The notes under the pieces are model-generated. The model was not told the origin of the DNA. It ran no database searches and was given only the letters and a program-made list of their open reading frames with translations. Position numbers and translations under genes: made by a program. Positions 44,975-55,602 of a DNA stretch of 64,000 bases are shown here, piece by piece (the stretch's first letter is position 1; the number at the start of each line of letters is the position of its first letter). Source of the DNA: Candidatus Pelearchaeum maunauluense (GTDB lineage Archaea; Thermoproteota; Nitrososphaeria_A; Caldarchaeales; Caldarchaeaceae); the NCBI GenBank assembly GCA_030059675.1, contig JANVYQ010000004.1, positions 121,086-185,085 on the forward strand. The letters run 5' to 3'.

Positions 44975-45698
44975 GCAGTACCTCATAGAGAAGATGGGGG
45001 AGAGGGGCTGCCTGCATATAGCCCTCTTAGACCCGCTTAGGACGCCGCCAGAGGAAGCCGAGAGGCAGGCTAGGTTCTGCGAGGAAAGCGGCTCAGACGC
45101 GATAATGGTAGGGGGCTCAACAGTCCATACGCAGCAGATGATGGACCACTTTATAAAATCCGTTAAAAACGCATGCAGTCTTCCTGTGATAATCTTCCCC
45201 AATAACGCTCAGTCGGTCTCAAGGTTCGCCGACGCTATATGGTTCATGAGTCTGCTTAACAGCGTTGACTGGTATTACATAATAGGTGCGCAGATGCAGG
45301 GTGCTCTTACCGTTAAGGCGTTTGGCTTGGAGGCGATACCTATGGGTTATGTAGTGTTCGGCGGTGATAGTACGGTTGCTGCTATGGGGCGTGTCTTGCC
45401 AGTGCCTCCTGAGAGGGAGGAGGTGGCGGTCTGCTATGGCCTAGCTGCGCAGTATCTAGGGATGCGCTTCCTCTACCTAGAGGCCGGCTCTGGAGCAGCT
45501 CATCCAATACCAGCCTCAACCGTGGAGGCTGTAAAGAAGATGGTCTCAATACCAATCATCGTGGGAGGCGGTATAAGGACGCCAGAAGACGCGCAGCGCA
45601 TAGCCTCGGCTGGGGCTGACATAATAGTAACGGGAACGGCTCTGGAGAGAGACTCCAGCATCCTCCCCTCGATAATACGCGCAATACATAGGAAGTAG
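44955..45698 (+). CDS. Geranylgeranylglyceryl phosphate synthase
   Basis: LLDP, MVGGST, FMSLLNS, YLEAGSGA, VGGGIR and VTGT motifs. Confidence 0.93.
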   Translation: MKPGKVEQYLIEKMGERGCLHIALLDPLRTPPEEAERQARFCEESGSDAIMVGGSTVHTQQMMDHFIKSVKNACSLPVIIFPNNAQSVSRFADAIWFMSLLNSVDWYYIIGAQMQGALTVKAFGLEAIPMGYVVFGGDSTVAAMGRVLPVPPEREEVAVCYGLAAQYLGMRFLYLEAGSGAAHPIPASTVEAVKKMVSIPIIVGGGIRTPEDAQRIASAGADIIVTGTALERDSSILPSIIRAIHRK

Positions 45699-45778
45699 AT
45701 ACAGCCCTACAGCTATGGACACGGTGCATTTAATAGGCATCCGCTCAAGGCTAGTTCAGTAAGGAGAGGAGAATAGGG

Positions 45779-46555
45779 GTGACAATCTTACAAGAGCGCG
45801 TATCAACTGGAATACCTCGTCTTGATGCGATGCTTGGAGGCGGCTTCATCACTGGGAGAACCTATCTTGTTACGGGTGAGACTGGCGTAGGTAAGACGAT
45901 AATGAGTCTCCAGTTTTTGATGAATGGCTTAATGAATAACGAGACCTGCGTGTATGTTACTATTGATGAGCGTGTTGAGGGAGTTTTGCATGGTGCTGAA
46001 TCCCTGGGATGGGATTTCTGGTCATTCATGCAGGTTGGGCGCTTCATACCGCTGGAGCTCCGCATATACGCTGCGGAGGCTAAGAAATACGGTAAAGAGA
46101 GCCGCGCTTTCGTTGACGCTATATACAACGCTGTACGCGGCCGTAGGGTCTCGCGCTTGGTTCTAGACCCTGTGTCGGCACTCGCCCAGGGGGCGCAGGA
46201 CGAGTTCTACGTCCGCGAATATCTACGTGAGATAATAATGATGATTGAGGAGCGTTTCGGCGTTACAACGCTTATGACAACCGATATACCGACAGGCGCC
46301 AACTCCCTCAGTAGGTTCGGCTTGGAGGAGTTCCTGGCTTCTGGCGTTATTGTATTGGGCGTAACGAAGGTTGGGGGCAGGCTTGTGAGGACGCTCTACG
46401 TGAGAAAGATGCGGTGGTCTAGGATGGACTCTACCGAGTATGTCTTCACCATAGAGCCTGGTAAGGGCATCGTGATTAGAGAGCCCTTTGAGAGGTATCT
46501 TGGTTCTCTGAAGGAGAGGGGGCAGGGGGATACTTCGGGGCTTCAGCCTCCATAG
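45779..46555 (+). CDS. Single-domain KaiC/RAD55-like RecA-superfamily ATPase
   Basis: STGIPRLDAMLGGG, GETGVGKT, RLVLDP and RKMR motifs. Confidence 0.88.
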   Translation: MTILQERVSTGIPRLDAMLGGGFITGRTYLVTGETGVGKTIMSLQFLMNGLMNNETCVYVTIDERVEGVLHGAESLGWDFWSFMQVGRFIPLELRIYAAEAKKYGKESRAFVDAIYNAVRGRRVSRLVLDPVSALAQGAQDEFYVREYLREIIMMIEERFGVTTLMTTDIPTGANSLSRFGLEEFLASGVIVLGVTKVGGRLVRTLYVRKMRWSRMDSTEYVFTIEPGKGIVIREPFERYLGSLKERGQGDTSGLQPP

Positions 46556-47025
46556 AACCATCCAGTATCCCTTAGGACTATAGACCTGACCTGGGCCTCC
46601 TTTAGGCCGACCTCCACGACCTCGCCCACGAATACTGTGTGGTCTCCGCGCTTCACAACATCTTTAACCAGCACCTCAAACCACGCTGGGAGGTCTATGA
46701 GTATCGGTGCGCCTGTTCGCGGGGCTGGCTCAAACTTGTAGCCGTTTATCGTCTTTCCCTCAACCTTAGAAGGGGCGAAGAACGCTTCAGCAACCTTCTT
46801 CTGGTCTTCGCGCAGTATATTCACGACGAAGCCTCTGCTCTCCTCTATCAAGTCATGCAAGCGGCTTCCAGCCTTCACGGCGGCCATTACTAGGGGAGGC
46901 TTGAAGGATGCTTGCGAAAGCCAGTTCACGGCTCCTGCCGCTATCTCGCCTTGATGCGCCGCGGTCATTATATAAAGCCCGTAGTTTATGAGCCGCAGTA
47001 CGCGTTTCTTTGTCTCTTCATCCAT
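46543..47025 (-). CDS. Flavin reductase-like protein
   Basis: YGLYIMT, QASFKPP and GDHTVFVGEV motifs. Confidence 0.9.
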   Translation of the reverse strand: MDEETKKRVLRLINYGLYIMTAAHQGEIAAGAVNWLSQASFKPPLVMAAVKAGSRLHDLIEESRGFVVNILREDQKKVAEAFFAPSKVEGKTINGYKFEPAPRTGAPILIDLPAWFEVLVKDVVKRGDHTVFVGEVVEVGLKEAQVRSIVLRDTGWFYGG

Positions 47026-47176
47026 AAGCGCCTAGCATGTTCGGGATTTTTTCTAGATTTCTCACCTACTCCCAAGCAGTGGCCAAACCCGCCGATACCG
47101 CTGCTTTAACAGCATACTGGCGCTAGCGCTTTTGTGAAGCTGATATACCCCCTGCCACCGCCGCTTACGTAAGGAC

Positions 47177-50100
47177 TTGACGCTAACGGCGCAGAATATA
47201 CCAGCTTTCCTCCACGAATACTATGAGCGGCTTCTTGACAGGCTTCAGAGGGAGTATGGGCTGGCTCTGGAGTTTAGAAGAAGGACGCGCTCACCCACGC
47301 CTGAGATTGAGAGCATCTTCGCTGACAGCATACCTGAGCGCGTGGAGCTTCTCGTGGGGCCGCGTGGAATAGCTGAGAAGATACGCGAGCTGATGAAGAG
47401 CTACTCCAGCGAGCAGCTGGCGTTCAAGCTAGCCGAAGAGATAGTCTCCACCTCGCGGGGGAAGATGAGCGATGAAGCGCTTCTCAAACAAGCCATATCA
47501 ACAGCCCTTGCGATACTCACGCCCCCATGCATAACCGCAGCACCCACCGAGGGAATCTCGCATGTGAAGATAAAGACAAACCCAGACGGCTCCAAGTATC
47601 TTGCGATATACTTCGCAGGCCCCATAAGGTCTGCTGGCGGCACGGAGCTCGCGGCCGTAGTTGTCCTCGCCGACTATGTGCGCCAACTCATGGGACTTGA
47701 TAGGTATAAGCCCACCGGGGAAGAGATTAAGCGATTCGTGGAAGAGCTGAGAACCTACGTAAGGCGCGTAAGCAGATTTCAGTACAACGTTCCAGACAGC
47801 TTGATTGAATATGCCATACGGATGACCCCTGTTGAGATTAGTGGTGTTGCTACGGATAAGATACCAACGCCGTCTTATAGAAACTTGCCACGTATAGAGA
47901 CCAACTATCTACGCGGCGGTGCTCTTCGTGTTGTTAATGATGGGATAGTCGGTAGGGCGAAGAAGGTCTTGAAGATGGTGCAGTCGCTCAACATATATGG
48001 GTGGGAGTGGATTGAAGAGATAGTCAAGCAGTCTAAGAACATTAGCGAAGGTGAGGAGGGAGGGCATCTCTCCGAGGTGATAGGCGGTAGGCCGGTCTTC
48101 TCACTCTCCGACAGCTTCGGGGGCTTCAGGATAAGGTATGGCCGCTCCTTTGCAACAGGCATGGCCGCGCTGGGCGTGCATCCCATGACCATGCGCATCC
48201 TGGACGGCTACATAGTGCTGGGAACACAGCTAAAGACAGACTATCCAGGCAAGGGCGGCGTAGTTATTCCCGTTGATGTGGAGCCTCCCGTGGTTAAGAC
48301 CTTTGACGGCGAGGTTGTGCGTATAGATTGTGAGGAGAAATACGCGCGTGTAGCTGGCCGCGTGGAGCAGATTCTCTTCTTAGGAGATGTGCTAATCTCG
48401 GCTGGGGATTGCATAGAGAATAACGTGGAGCTCAGGCCTCCTGGATACTGCGAGGAGTGGTGGGCTGCTGAGCTTGGGCAGGTACTGGCTGGGGTGGGGC
48501 TTAGGAAAGCGGCTGAGATGACGGGCCTATCAGAGACGCGGCTCAGGAGATTCGTGGAAGAGCCACTCCACAGCAAGCCCACCTTCCATGAAGCGCTCAC
48601 AATCAGCAAAACCCTAGGAACACCGCTCCACCCATCATACACCTTCTACTGGGAGAACATAACCATAGACGAGCTGGAGAGACTACGCCGCTGGCTTAGT
48701 GGTTCGTGGTCGTTAGACATGGATGGCTACGCCTCAATCAAGGCGGAAAGGGATATACACGAAATTCTGACCAGCCTACTGGTTGAGCATAGGTTTGACG
48801 GCAGCAAGATAATCATCAGCGGCGAGGTTCTTGAGATTTTGCAGGCTCTTCTCAGGCCTGGTGCGGAGACGCTCATCAGGGGTTTGGGTAGTGCGGTTGA
48901 CGCAATAGCGGCGTTGAGCGGGATTAAGGTTAGGCCGAAGTCAGGCTCATTCATCACCGCGCGGATGGGGAGGCCTGAGAAGGCTGGGCCACGTATGATG
49001 GACCCCGCTCCGCATGTTCTCTATCCAATAGGCCTCGCTGGCGGTTCTTCACGCGACCTCCATGCGGCAGCCAAGTCTGGTGGAGGCGTAGTTGTTGAGA
49101 TGGTTATGCGTAAATGCGCCAGCTGCGGCGGAGTAACGTGGAAGGAGTATTGTGACGGGTGTGGGGGCGAGACTGTAATCGTTGGTTTATGTTCCAACTG
49201 TCAGGCTGAGTGCGGCTATAGCGAGGATGCCACATGCCCAAGATGTGGTGAGCGTGTTTCATATTCGCGGAAGTATGTGTTGAATATGAAGCAGGAGCTG
49301 GAGCAGGTGTTTGCGGCTCTTCATGAAGAGCCTCCAGGGAGGATAAGTGGTGTTAAGGAGCTTACCAGCCTCTCGCGCCAGCCTGAGATGCTGGCCAAGG
49401 GTGTTTTGAGGGCGAAGTATGGGCTCTTCGTCTATAAGGACGGAACAACACGGTTTGACGCCACCAACGCCCCCCTAACGCATTTCACACCACGCCAAAT
49501 AGGGGTTACTGTGGAGCGTCTTAGAGAGCTGGGCTACACACACGACATAAACGGACTCCCGCTGGCCTCGCCAGACCAGGTATGTGAGCTAAGGATTCAG
49601 GACATAATAATCTCTAGGAAAGCCGCCGAGTATCTGCTTAAGGTGAGCCGCTTTATAGATGATCTCCTCTCCAAGGTTGCTGGGCTTGAGCGGTACTACA
49701 ACTACAAACACATAAACGACCTGATAGGCTGTCTCGTCGTCGCCCTATCACCGCATACATACGTTGGCGTCTTATGCAGGGTTATCGGCTTCGTGGATGG
49801 TGAGGTCAACTTCGCCCACCCAATACTGCACGCAGCCAAACGAAGGGACTGCGACGGAGACGAGGACAGCGTGATGCTCCTGATGGATGTATTGATGAAC
49901 TTCTCAAGACTCTACATACCCGATAGGGTAGGGGGCAAGATGGACTCGCCGCTCCTCATAACGAGGATAGTCTATCCAGAGGAGGTGGATGAGCAGGCTC
50001 ACAACGTGGATATATGCTCCCGCTACCCCCTAGCTTTCTATGAAGCAGCGTCCAAGGGTGAGAAGGCTTCTAACATAGTGGGGATTGTGGAGACGATTAA

Positions 50101-50629
50101 GGATAATCTAGCGGGGGATGGGAGGTTCGCGGGAATGCGATTCACACACCCGCAAAAGACCCTAACCATGCCCTTGATTGAATCCGCCTACAAACGGCTT
50201 GAGAGCATGCTGGACAAGGTGATGAGCCAGCTTGAGCTCACCTCAAAGCTCCGTTCTGTGAAGACCTCGGCGATAGCGGAGAAGATAGTCCAGTCTCATA
50301 TTCTTCCAGACATCCTAGGGAATATCAGGGCTTTCTTCGTCCAGAGCTTTAGATGTAAGAAGTGTGGTAAGCGGTATAGGAGGATTACGCTTACTGGTAA
50401 ATGCTCGTCGTGCCAGTCTGATTTGGTGCAGACGGTCTTCCGCGGGGCTGTGGAGAAATACGTGGAGCTGGCTGAAGACCTGGCTAAGCGCTATGTGAGA
50501 GACGAGTATCTCCATGCTAGGATTGTTAGCGCGATAGGAAATATAACCGATAGCTTCGTCCAGAATAGTAGGCTGGTGGGTGAGAGGAGGGGGGCTAGGC
50601 AGGCCTCGCTTGAGAGCTTCTTCTCGTGA
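47177..50629 (+). CDS. polC: DNA polymerase D large subunit DP2
   Basis: YFAGPIRSAGGT, GGFRIRYGR, RMGRPEKA, HAAKRRDCDGDED; Zn fingers; C-terminal PIP box QASLESFF; no intein. Confidence 0.97.
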   Translation: MTLTAQNIPAFLHEYYERLLDRLQREYGLALEFRRRTRSPTPEIESIFADSIPERVELLVGPRGIAEKIRELMKSYSSEQLAFKLAEEIVSTSRGKMSDEALLKQAISTALAILTPPCITAAPTEGISHVKIKTNPDGSKYLAIYFAGPIRSAGGTELAAVVVLADYVRQLMGLDRYKPTGEEIKRFVEELRTYVRRVSRFQYNVPDSLIEYAIRMTPVEISGVATDKIPTPSYRNLPRIETNYLRGGALRVVNDGIVGRAKKVLKMVQSLNIYGWEWIEEIVKQSKNISEGEEGGHLSEVIGGRPVFSLSDSFGGFRIRYGRSFATGMAALGVHPMTMRILDGYIVLGTQLKTDYPGKGGVVIPVDVEPPVVKTFDGEVVRIDCEEKYARVAGRVEQILFLGDVLISAGDCIENNVELRPPGYCEEWWAAELGQVLAGVGLRKAAEMTGLSETRLRRFVEEPLHSKPTFHEALTISKTLGTPLHPSYTFYWENITIDELERLRRWLSGSWSLDMDGYASIKAERDIHEILTSLLVEHRFDGSKIIISGEVLEILQALLRPGAETLIRGLGSAVDAIAALSGIKVRPKSGSFITARMGRPEKAGPRMMDPAPHVLYPIGLAGGSSRDLHAAAKSGGGVVVEMVMRKCASCGGVTWKEYCDGCGGETVIVGLCSNCQAECGYSEDATCPRCGERVSYSRKYVLNMKQELEQVFAALHEEPPGRISGVKELTSLSRQPEMLAKGVLRAKYGLFVYKDGTTRFDATNAPLTHFTPRQIGVTVERLRELGYTHDINGLPLASPDQVCELRIQDIIISRKAAEYLLKVSRFIDDLLSKVAGLERYYNYKHINDLIGCLVVALSPHTYVGVLCRVIGFVDGEVNFAHPILHAAKRRDCDGDEDSVMLLMDVLMNFSRLYIPDRVGGKMDSPLLITRIVYPEEVDEQAHNVDICSRYPLAFYEAASKGEKASNIVGIVETIKDNLAGDGRFAGMRFTHPQKTLTMPLIESAYKRLESMLDKVMSQLELTSKLRSVKTSAIAEKIVQSHILPDILGNIRAFFVQSFRCKKCGKRYRRITLTGKCSSCQSDLVQTVFRGAVEKYVELAEDLAKRYVRDEYLHARIVSAIGNITDSFVQNSRLVGERRGARQASLESFFS

Positions 50630-50635
50630 TGGGGT

Positions 50636-50911
50636 ATGGTGGAGATAGAGCCGCGCGCATTCCTGCGCAGGATGCGGAACACGCGGCGGGGTGTCTCGTC
50701 CAGAACGCGGATACTCAAAGCCGTTAGGGAGGGTGAGAAGAGCATAGACGAGATAAGCAGCCGCTCAGGGCTTAGCGTAGCCGCTGTAAGGTACCACTTG
50801 GAGAACCTTAGGCGCGAAGGCGTTGTGGAGCGGATAAAGAGCGGAAAGAGAGCCCGCTGGCGCCTCACTGGAATAGGGCAGAGAACAATAGAAGAGGCAA
50901 GCCAAGCCTAG
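50636..50911 (+). CDS. Small wHTH (ArsR-like) protein
   Basis: SIDEISSRSGLSVAAVRYHLENLRREGVV. Confidence 0.85.
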   Translation: MVEIEPRAFLRRMRNTRRGVSSRTRILKAVREGEKSIDEISSRSGLSVAAVRYHLENLRREGVVERIKSGKRARWRLTGIGQRTIEEASQA

Positions 50912-51075
50912 AGTGGGAAGAAGATACGCGCAATAGTTACGATGACTATAAGCATCGCACCAACTATTATCACGACCTCCGGCCTTATCTTGATGCCTTT
51001 AGACTCCTCCTCAAAGAACCTGAGGAGCCCGGCCGCGCTTGCTGGTAGTGGTGCCTCCTTTCTCCTCTTGCTCAT
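50908..51075 (-). CDS. secG: Preprotein translocase Sec61-beta (SecG)
   Basis: AAGLLRFFEEE...KIRPEVV plus one TM. Confidence 0.9.
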   Translation of the reverse strand: MSKRRKEAPLPASAAGLLRFFEEESKGIKIRPEVVIIVGAMLIVIVTIARIFFPL

Positions 51076-51124
51076 CCTAGCTAAGTGCTCCAACTAGCGG
51101 TATATCAATATTTCCCGCAACGTC

Positions 51125-52135
51125 TCACTCAAAGACGAGCTGCCTCATCCCGTTTATAGCTAAAGACTCCAGTGGTGTGGCGTCGTAGCCTATTCTCCGT
51201 AGGGCTGATGAGAGTGTGTTGGTGAAGCCGTGCATCACGTAGGTCTTCTTGGGGGATACTCGCTGGACAAACTCTACTAGGCCGCGGTAGTCTGCATGGC
51301 CGCTTAGTGGGAATGCGGCGTCGTAGCTCCTATATCTATAACGCACAGCCCATCCTGTAGCTACCGCCCATCTAACGCGCCTACCGAAGCTCATGGAGCC
51401 GCGCCTAACGCTATCCACATAGACATACTCCCCACCGCGCATAATCTCCCTCCCTTCCCCACTGCTGGCAGGCACGAATTCTAGGCGAACACCCGACTCA
51501 CCATAAGCGCGCGACACGGCTTCTACATACTCACCAACAACAACGGGAAGGTGAGTATATCTATTGATGAGCGCAAGTATCTCCTGGGACTTCCCCACCG
51601 AGTAAGTCTTAAACGCGGGTATGGAGCCTTCACGAATACATGAAGAAACCCACCTGACTATGTTGGAATACACGACCTCGCGGGCTGGGAAGACGTATGA
51701 AGGCTCTCCATACGTTGATTCTATCACCAGAGTGTCAGCCTCAACCTCGTCGGCGGGCTTCGTTATCAACGTCTCATACGTGTTGAGGTCTCCAGTATAG
51801 AGAAGGCTACAACTGGGCGTCTCTACATAAAACTGTGAAGAGCCCAGCACGTGGCCCGCGTTTAGGAGGCGTACTTCCACGGAGTCGTCTGGCTTTATAT
51901 TCTCGCCGAGCCGCTTCAATAATAGCTGCCCTAGTCTCTGTCTAAGAGAGCTAGCTATACGCTGGGTTTCTGGCGTCATTATCGTCTTCTCGCTATACCT
52001 GCTCGGTGCGTGGTCTGCGTGGGCGTGGCTCACGAGTCTAATAGCCCGTTCATCCACCGACCTCGCGGCGGCGTCAAAGACCAGCGTAATGCTCTGGCCA
52101 GATAGCGTCAAGCCGCCGCGAAAGCTGACATTCAC
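51125..52135 (-). CDS. Metallo-beta-lactamase/beta-CASP-type nuclease
   Basis: SHAHADH, AGHVLGS, YTGD, ESTYG and SGHAD motifs. Confidence 0.88.
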   Translation of the reverse strand: MNVSFRGGLTLSGQSITLVFDAAARSVDERAIRLVSHAHADHAPSRYSEKTIMTPETQRIASSLRQRLGQLLLKRLGENIKPDDSVEVRLLNAGHVLGSSQFYVETPSCSLLYTGDLNTYETLITKPADEVEADTLVIESTYGEPSYVFPAREVVYSNIVRWVSSCIREGSIPAFKTYSVGKSQEILALINRYTHLPVVVGEYVEAVSRAYGESGVRLEFVPASSGEGREIMRGGEYVYVDSVRRGSMSFGRRVRWAVATGWAVRYRYRSYDAAFPLSGHADYRGLVEFVQRVSPKKTYVMHGFTNTLSSALRRIGYDATPLESLAINGMRQLVFE

Positions 52136-52223
52136 GGGCCGCAGCCCCCCTTCCAGCCTCCTGGGAATATCGTTAATAAAGTGTTTTGCCGTGTCTGGCT
52201 CAGCTTAGGCGGTGGTAAGATAG

Positions 52224-53993
52224 TTGGGTAGGGAGACAGCAGGGCTTATTGCGGCAAAATACAACGCTCTACGCGGCATTACTTATGATACTAGGGCCTC
52301 GGTAATACTCATAACAATCCTCGCAGGATTTATGGGTGTAGCGGCATACTTAGTCTCAGTCAACACTATACAGGCCTTGGTAGTTTTCGCGTCTGGCCTG
52401 CTCTTCACGGTAATCCTCAACAGGGTTGTGAAGAGGATAGTCCTACGTAAGCATAGTATCCTCACCACTAGGCGGCTTGACGCTGTGGCTGCTGTTGAGA
52501 TGACGATAATAGCTCTAGGTGTGGCCATCTCCGTGATAGTTACGTTAGCGGGTGCTGGTATAGAGTGGGGCTTCCTCGTATTCGTGGCGAGCATAGCGGC
52601 AGCGTCATTCGTGGGCTACGCAGCTAGGAGAGCCATGCTAGTCCACTCAACACCAGCTTCATGCATACTCTCATCATTCTCACCATTCCTCCTCAGCATA
52701 CCGATAGGCTTCACATACACGCAGTCAATAACACGAGCCCTACTGGCTGGCTCGGAGGCATTCGCCATCGGGACAGCCTTGATGGAGATAGCGCGGACAG
52801 CGATAGACAGGTTCTGGCTCATCAAGGGTGTGAGGCCCTTCAAGCTATTCCAGGCATTTGTGCAGAGCCTGCTTGAGGGGAATAACCCCGACTTTGAGCA
52901 GGAGTTGCTGAAGCTCTCGCGCGAGGAGGAGATTGATGCCAAGCTCTTCGTAATAAGGCCGAAGGGGGCTGGCAGGCCTGCTGCGCTTGTGATAACCGAC
53001 GCCCATCCAGGGCCTTTTAGGGATGTGGGGAGCAGCGTCTTCCCCAGCATGGTTTACCGCGCCTTTGAGTCGCGTGGTATTGATGCTCTAGTCCTTAAGG
53101 GTCTCTCCAGCCATGAGAAGAACCTAACCACGCGTAGGGACACCGAGATGCTGGCTGAGCTCCTGGCGTCGGCCGCGTCCAGAAACTTGAGCAAAGACGG
53201 CTTCAGCGAGTTCTTCGCAGAGCCTAGACGAATCTCCAAGAATGGCGCATCCCTACTGTCGCTGGGCATAGCAGGAAGAAACCTGACAATACTCACTCTA
53301 CATCCAAACCCCATGGAGGACCTGCCGGCCGATGTTCTCCCCAGCAATTGGGATGGTAGGCTGGTTGCCATAGATGCTCATAACAGCTATGCGGATGGCT
53401 ACTCTGTGTTGGAGGATTCATCCCTAACCAAGCTGCGTGAATTGCTTCACGATGCTGTTGTCAAGGGTGGGGAAGCCAGGTACGGCCTTGGCCGCGTTGG
53501 GTACTCGCGTATAGTTCCCTCGCGCTTCGGGCTTGTGGATGGCATGGGGCCTGGTGGGATAGCGTGTATGGTGGTTGAGGTTAATGGTAGGAAATCCGCC
53601 ATCGTTGTTGTTGATGCCAATAATGCTGTTCCCTGGGTGAGGGAGCAGGTTAGGGAGGTTGCTTCGGAGCTGGGTGTTGAAGATGCAGAGCTATGCACGA
53701 CAGACACCCATGCTGTTAATGCTGTCAAGCTGGGTGGTAGGGGATACCACCCGTTGGGTGAGGCCTTAAGCCCAGAAAGCCTAAGACCATACTTTAGACA
53801 TGTAATCAGCGAGGCTCTTAAGAATATGTACGAGGCTGAGGCTCTCTTCTTGGAGATGCGCGTGAATGGGTTTAAGGTGTTTTCGGGCTTGCTGGAGGAG
53901 GTTGCCCGTAGCCTTATACGCGGCTCGCGTCTGCTTCTCATGTTCCTCCTGGCAGCACCGCCTCTCTCTGCGCTGCTGGCTGCGTTAATCTAA
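52224..53993 (+). CDS. DUF2070-family membrane protein
   Basis: N-terminal TMs; HPGPFRDVGSS, DAHN, DANN and TTDTH motifs. Confidence 0.85.
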   Translation: MGRETAGLIAAKYNALRGITYDTRASVILITILAGFMGVAAYLVSVNTIQALVVFASGLLFTVILNRVVKRIVLRKHSILTTRRLDAVAAVEMTIIALGVAISVIVTLAGAGIEWGFLVFVASIAAASFVGYAARRAMLVHSTPASCILSSFSPFLLSIPIGFTYTQSITRALLAGSEAFAIGTALMEIARTAIDRFWLIKGVRPFKLFQAFVQSLLEGNNPDFEQELLKLSREEEIDAKLFVIRPKGAGRPAALVITDAHPGPFRDVGSSVFPSMVYRAFESRGIDALVLKGLSSHEKNLTTRRDTEMLAELLASAASRNLSKDGFSEFFAEPRRISKNGASLLSLGIAGRNLTILTLHPNPMEDLPADVLPSNWDGRLVAIDAHNSYADGYSVLEDSSLTKLRELLHDAVVKGGEARYGLGRVGYSRIVPSRFGLVDGMGPGGIACMVVEVNGRKSAIVVVDANNAVPWVREQVREVASELGVEDAELCTTDTHAVNAVKLGGRGYHPLGEALSPESLRPYFRHVISEALKNMYEAEALFLEMRVNGFKVFSGLLEEVARSLIRGSRLLLMFLLAAPPLSALLAALI

Positions 53994-54043
53994 CACTTAA
54001 TACACTCTACAAGCACCCTATATAAAAAGCGGGTGAAGCCCTG

Positions 54044-54328
54044 TTGTCAGCCACCGCCCCGTTGCAGAATCTCGTCATAGTTGGGAGAAAGCCAACTTTC
54101 AGATACGTAACGGCGTGTATAACCTTGTTTAATAGGGGTGAGCGGGAGATAACGTTGCGGGCTAGGGGTAGGAGTATATTCAACTGCGTGGAGACTGTGG
54201 AGCTTCTTAGGAGAAGCTTCTGGCCAGACCTGAGGGTTAAGGAGATTAGGATTTGGAGCGAGGAATACGAGGCAGGGGGCAGGAGGCGTTTCATCAGCTA
54301 CATGCAGATAATGATACAGCGGTCTTAA
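54044..54328 (+). CDS. albA: Alba DNA/RNA-binding protein
   Basis: VGRKP..RYV.A, LRARGRSI...V. Confidence 0.88.
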   Translation: MSATAPLQNLVIVGRKPTFRYVTACITLFNRGEREITLRARGRSIFNCVETVELLRRSFWPDLRVKEIRIWSEEYEAGGRRRFISYMQIMIQRS

Positions 54329-54370
54329 AGCGTAATGGGTTTATTACCTCCAGCTCTCCGCGTGGTTGGT

Positions 54371-55597
54371 ATGGATTTCAGGCTCAGCGAGGATGAGCGC
54401 ATCTTTAGGGATAATGTTGCTGAGTTTTGTAGGAAGGTTATAGCTCCTAAGTGGATTGAGATAGACGAGCAGGGTAGGATTGAGCCTGAGCTTCTTAGGC
54501 GTATGGGTGAGATGGGTCTTCTGGGGCTTACGCTCTCCGAGGAGTACGGCGGCCAGGGGGGAAGGTTCCTTGAAGCTGCTATAGCTGGGGAGGAGTTGGC
54601 ATACCACGCGCCAGCCCTCTCGCTTGCCGTCCTCTACCTAATAGAATGCTCATGGCCCTATATAGTGCAGAGGTATGGTCAGGAGGAGGCTAAGTCGGAG
54701 GTTCTCCCCCATATATGTCGCGGTGAGGCTGCTCTTGGGATTGCGAGTACGGAAGCTCACGGCGGGAGTAATGTGGCTGGTGTGCTGCTCAGGGCTGAGA
54801 GGCGTGATGATGGTAGGTGGGTTCTTAATGGGGAGAAGAGTATGGTCTCGCTGCCAACCGTTATTGATAGCCTACCGTGGGGCGGTGGCTGGTTTCTTAT
54901 AAGCAGGAGTGGCGACCCAGCTCTTCAGCATAAGACAATAACCTGCTTCGTAGCGTTGATGAAGCGCGCAGGCGTCAGGGATGAGCGCATAACCTACCAG
55001 CCTTGGACGGAATTTGCGCGGCGGGGTCTTGACACCTCTGTAATCCGTTTTAATGGTGTGGAGGTTGATGATAGGTATAGGGTTGGAGAGGTTAATGGGG
55101 GCTTTAAGATAGCGATGGAGGGCTTCAACTTGGCGCGGAGCATGATAGGGGCTGTCTGCGTAGGCTGCGCGCGCTGGCTACTTGAGCAGGGGATAGAGTG
55201 GATGAAGAACCGCCGCGTATTCGGCAAACCAATAGCAACATACCAGGGAATTAATTTCAAGCTGGCCGACTTCTGGAAAGAGCTTGAGGCTGCGCGGCTC
55301 CTCTGCTACAAGGCTGCGTGGGTTGCTGATAGATACTACCGCGAGCGCGACCCTACTGTGAAGCTGGGTGACGTGGCTAAGATAAGCGCTGCTGCTAAGC
55401 TGAAGTGCGCTGGCCTCGCGGTAGATATAGGTGAGGAGGTTATGAAGTGGTTTGGAGGGGCTGCTTACTTTAAGGAGACGCCGATATTCAGGGCTTGGCT
55501 CGCCGCCTTCAGCTACGTCGTGGGCGCTGAGGGAACCGAGAACATAATGCGCTACATCATAGCACGCGAGGTATTGGGGAGGGAATTCGTAGAGTAG
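54371..55597 (+). CDS. Acyl-CoA dehydrogenase
   Basis: MDFRLSE, EYGGQG, STEAHGGS, R.VFGKPI..YQ and EGTENIMR motifs. Confidence 0.93.
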   Translation: MDFRLSEDERIFRDNVAEFCRKVIAPKWIEIDEQGRIEPELLRRMGEMGLLGLTLSEEYGGQGGRFLEAAIAGEELAYHAPALSLAVLYLIECSWPYIVQRYGQEEAKSEVLPHICRGEAALGIASTEAHGGSNVAGVLLRAERRDDGRWVLNGEKSMVSLPTVIDSLPWGGGWFLISRSGDPALQHKTITCFVALMKRAGVRDERITYQPWTEFARRGLDTSVIRFNGVEVDDRYRVGEVNGGFKIAMEGFNLARSMIGAVCVGCARWLLEQGIEWMKNRRVFGKPIATYQGINFKLADFWKELEAARLLCYKAAWVADRYYRERDPTVKLGDVAKISAAAKLKCAGLAVDIGEEVMKWFGGAAYFKETPIFRAWLAAFSYVVGAEGTENIMRYIIAREVLGREFVE

Positions 55598-55602
55598 CTT
55601 AT

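Noticed and set aside
45779-46555. KaiC-like ATPase as a circadian clock component
   Set aside because: Single domain with no kaiA or kaiB; such ATPases are common in archaea
47177-50629. Intein in DP2
   Set aside because: Length of 1150 aa and a continuous HAAKRRDCDGDED motif show none
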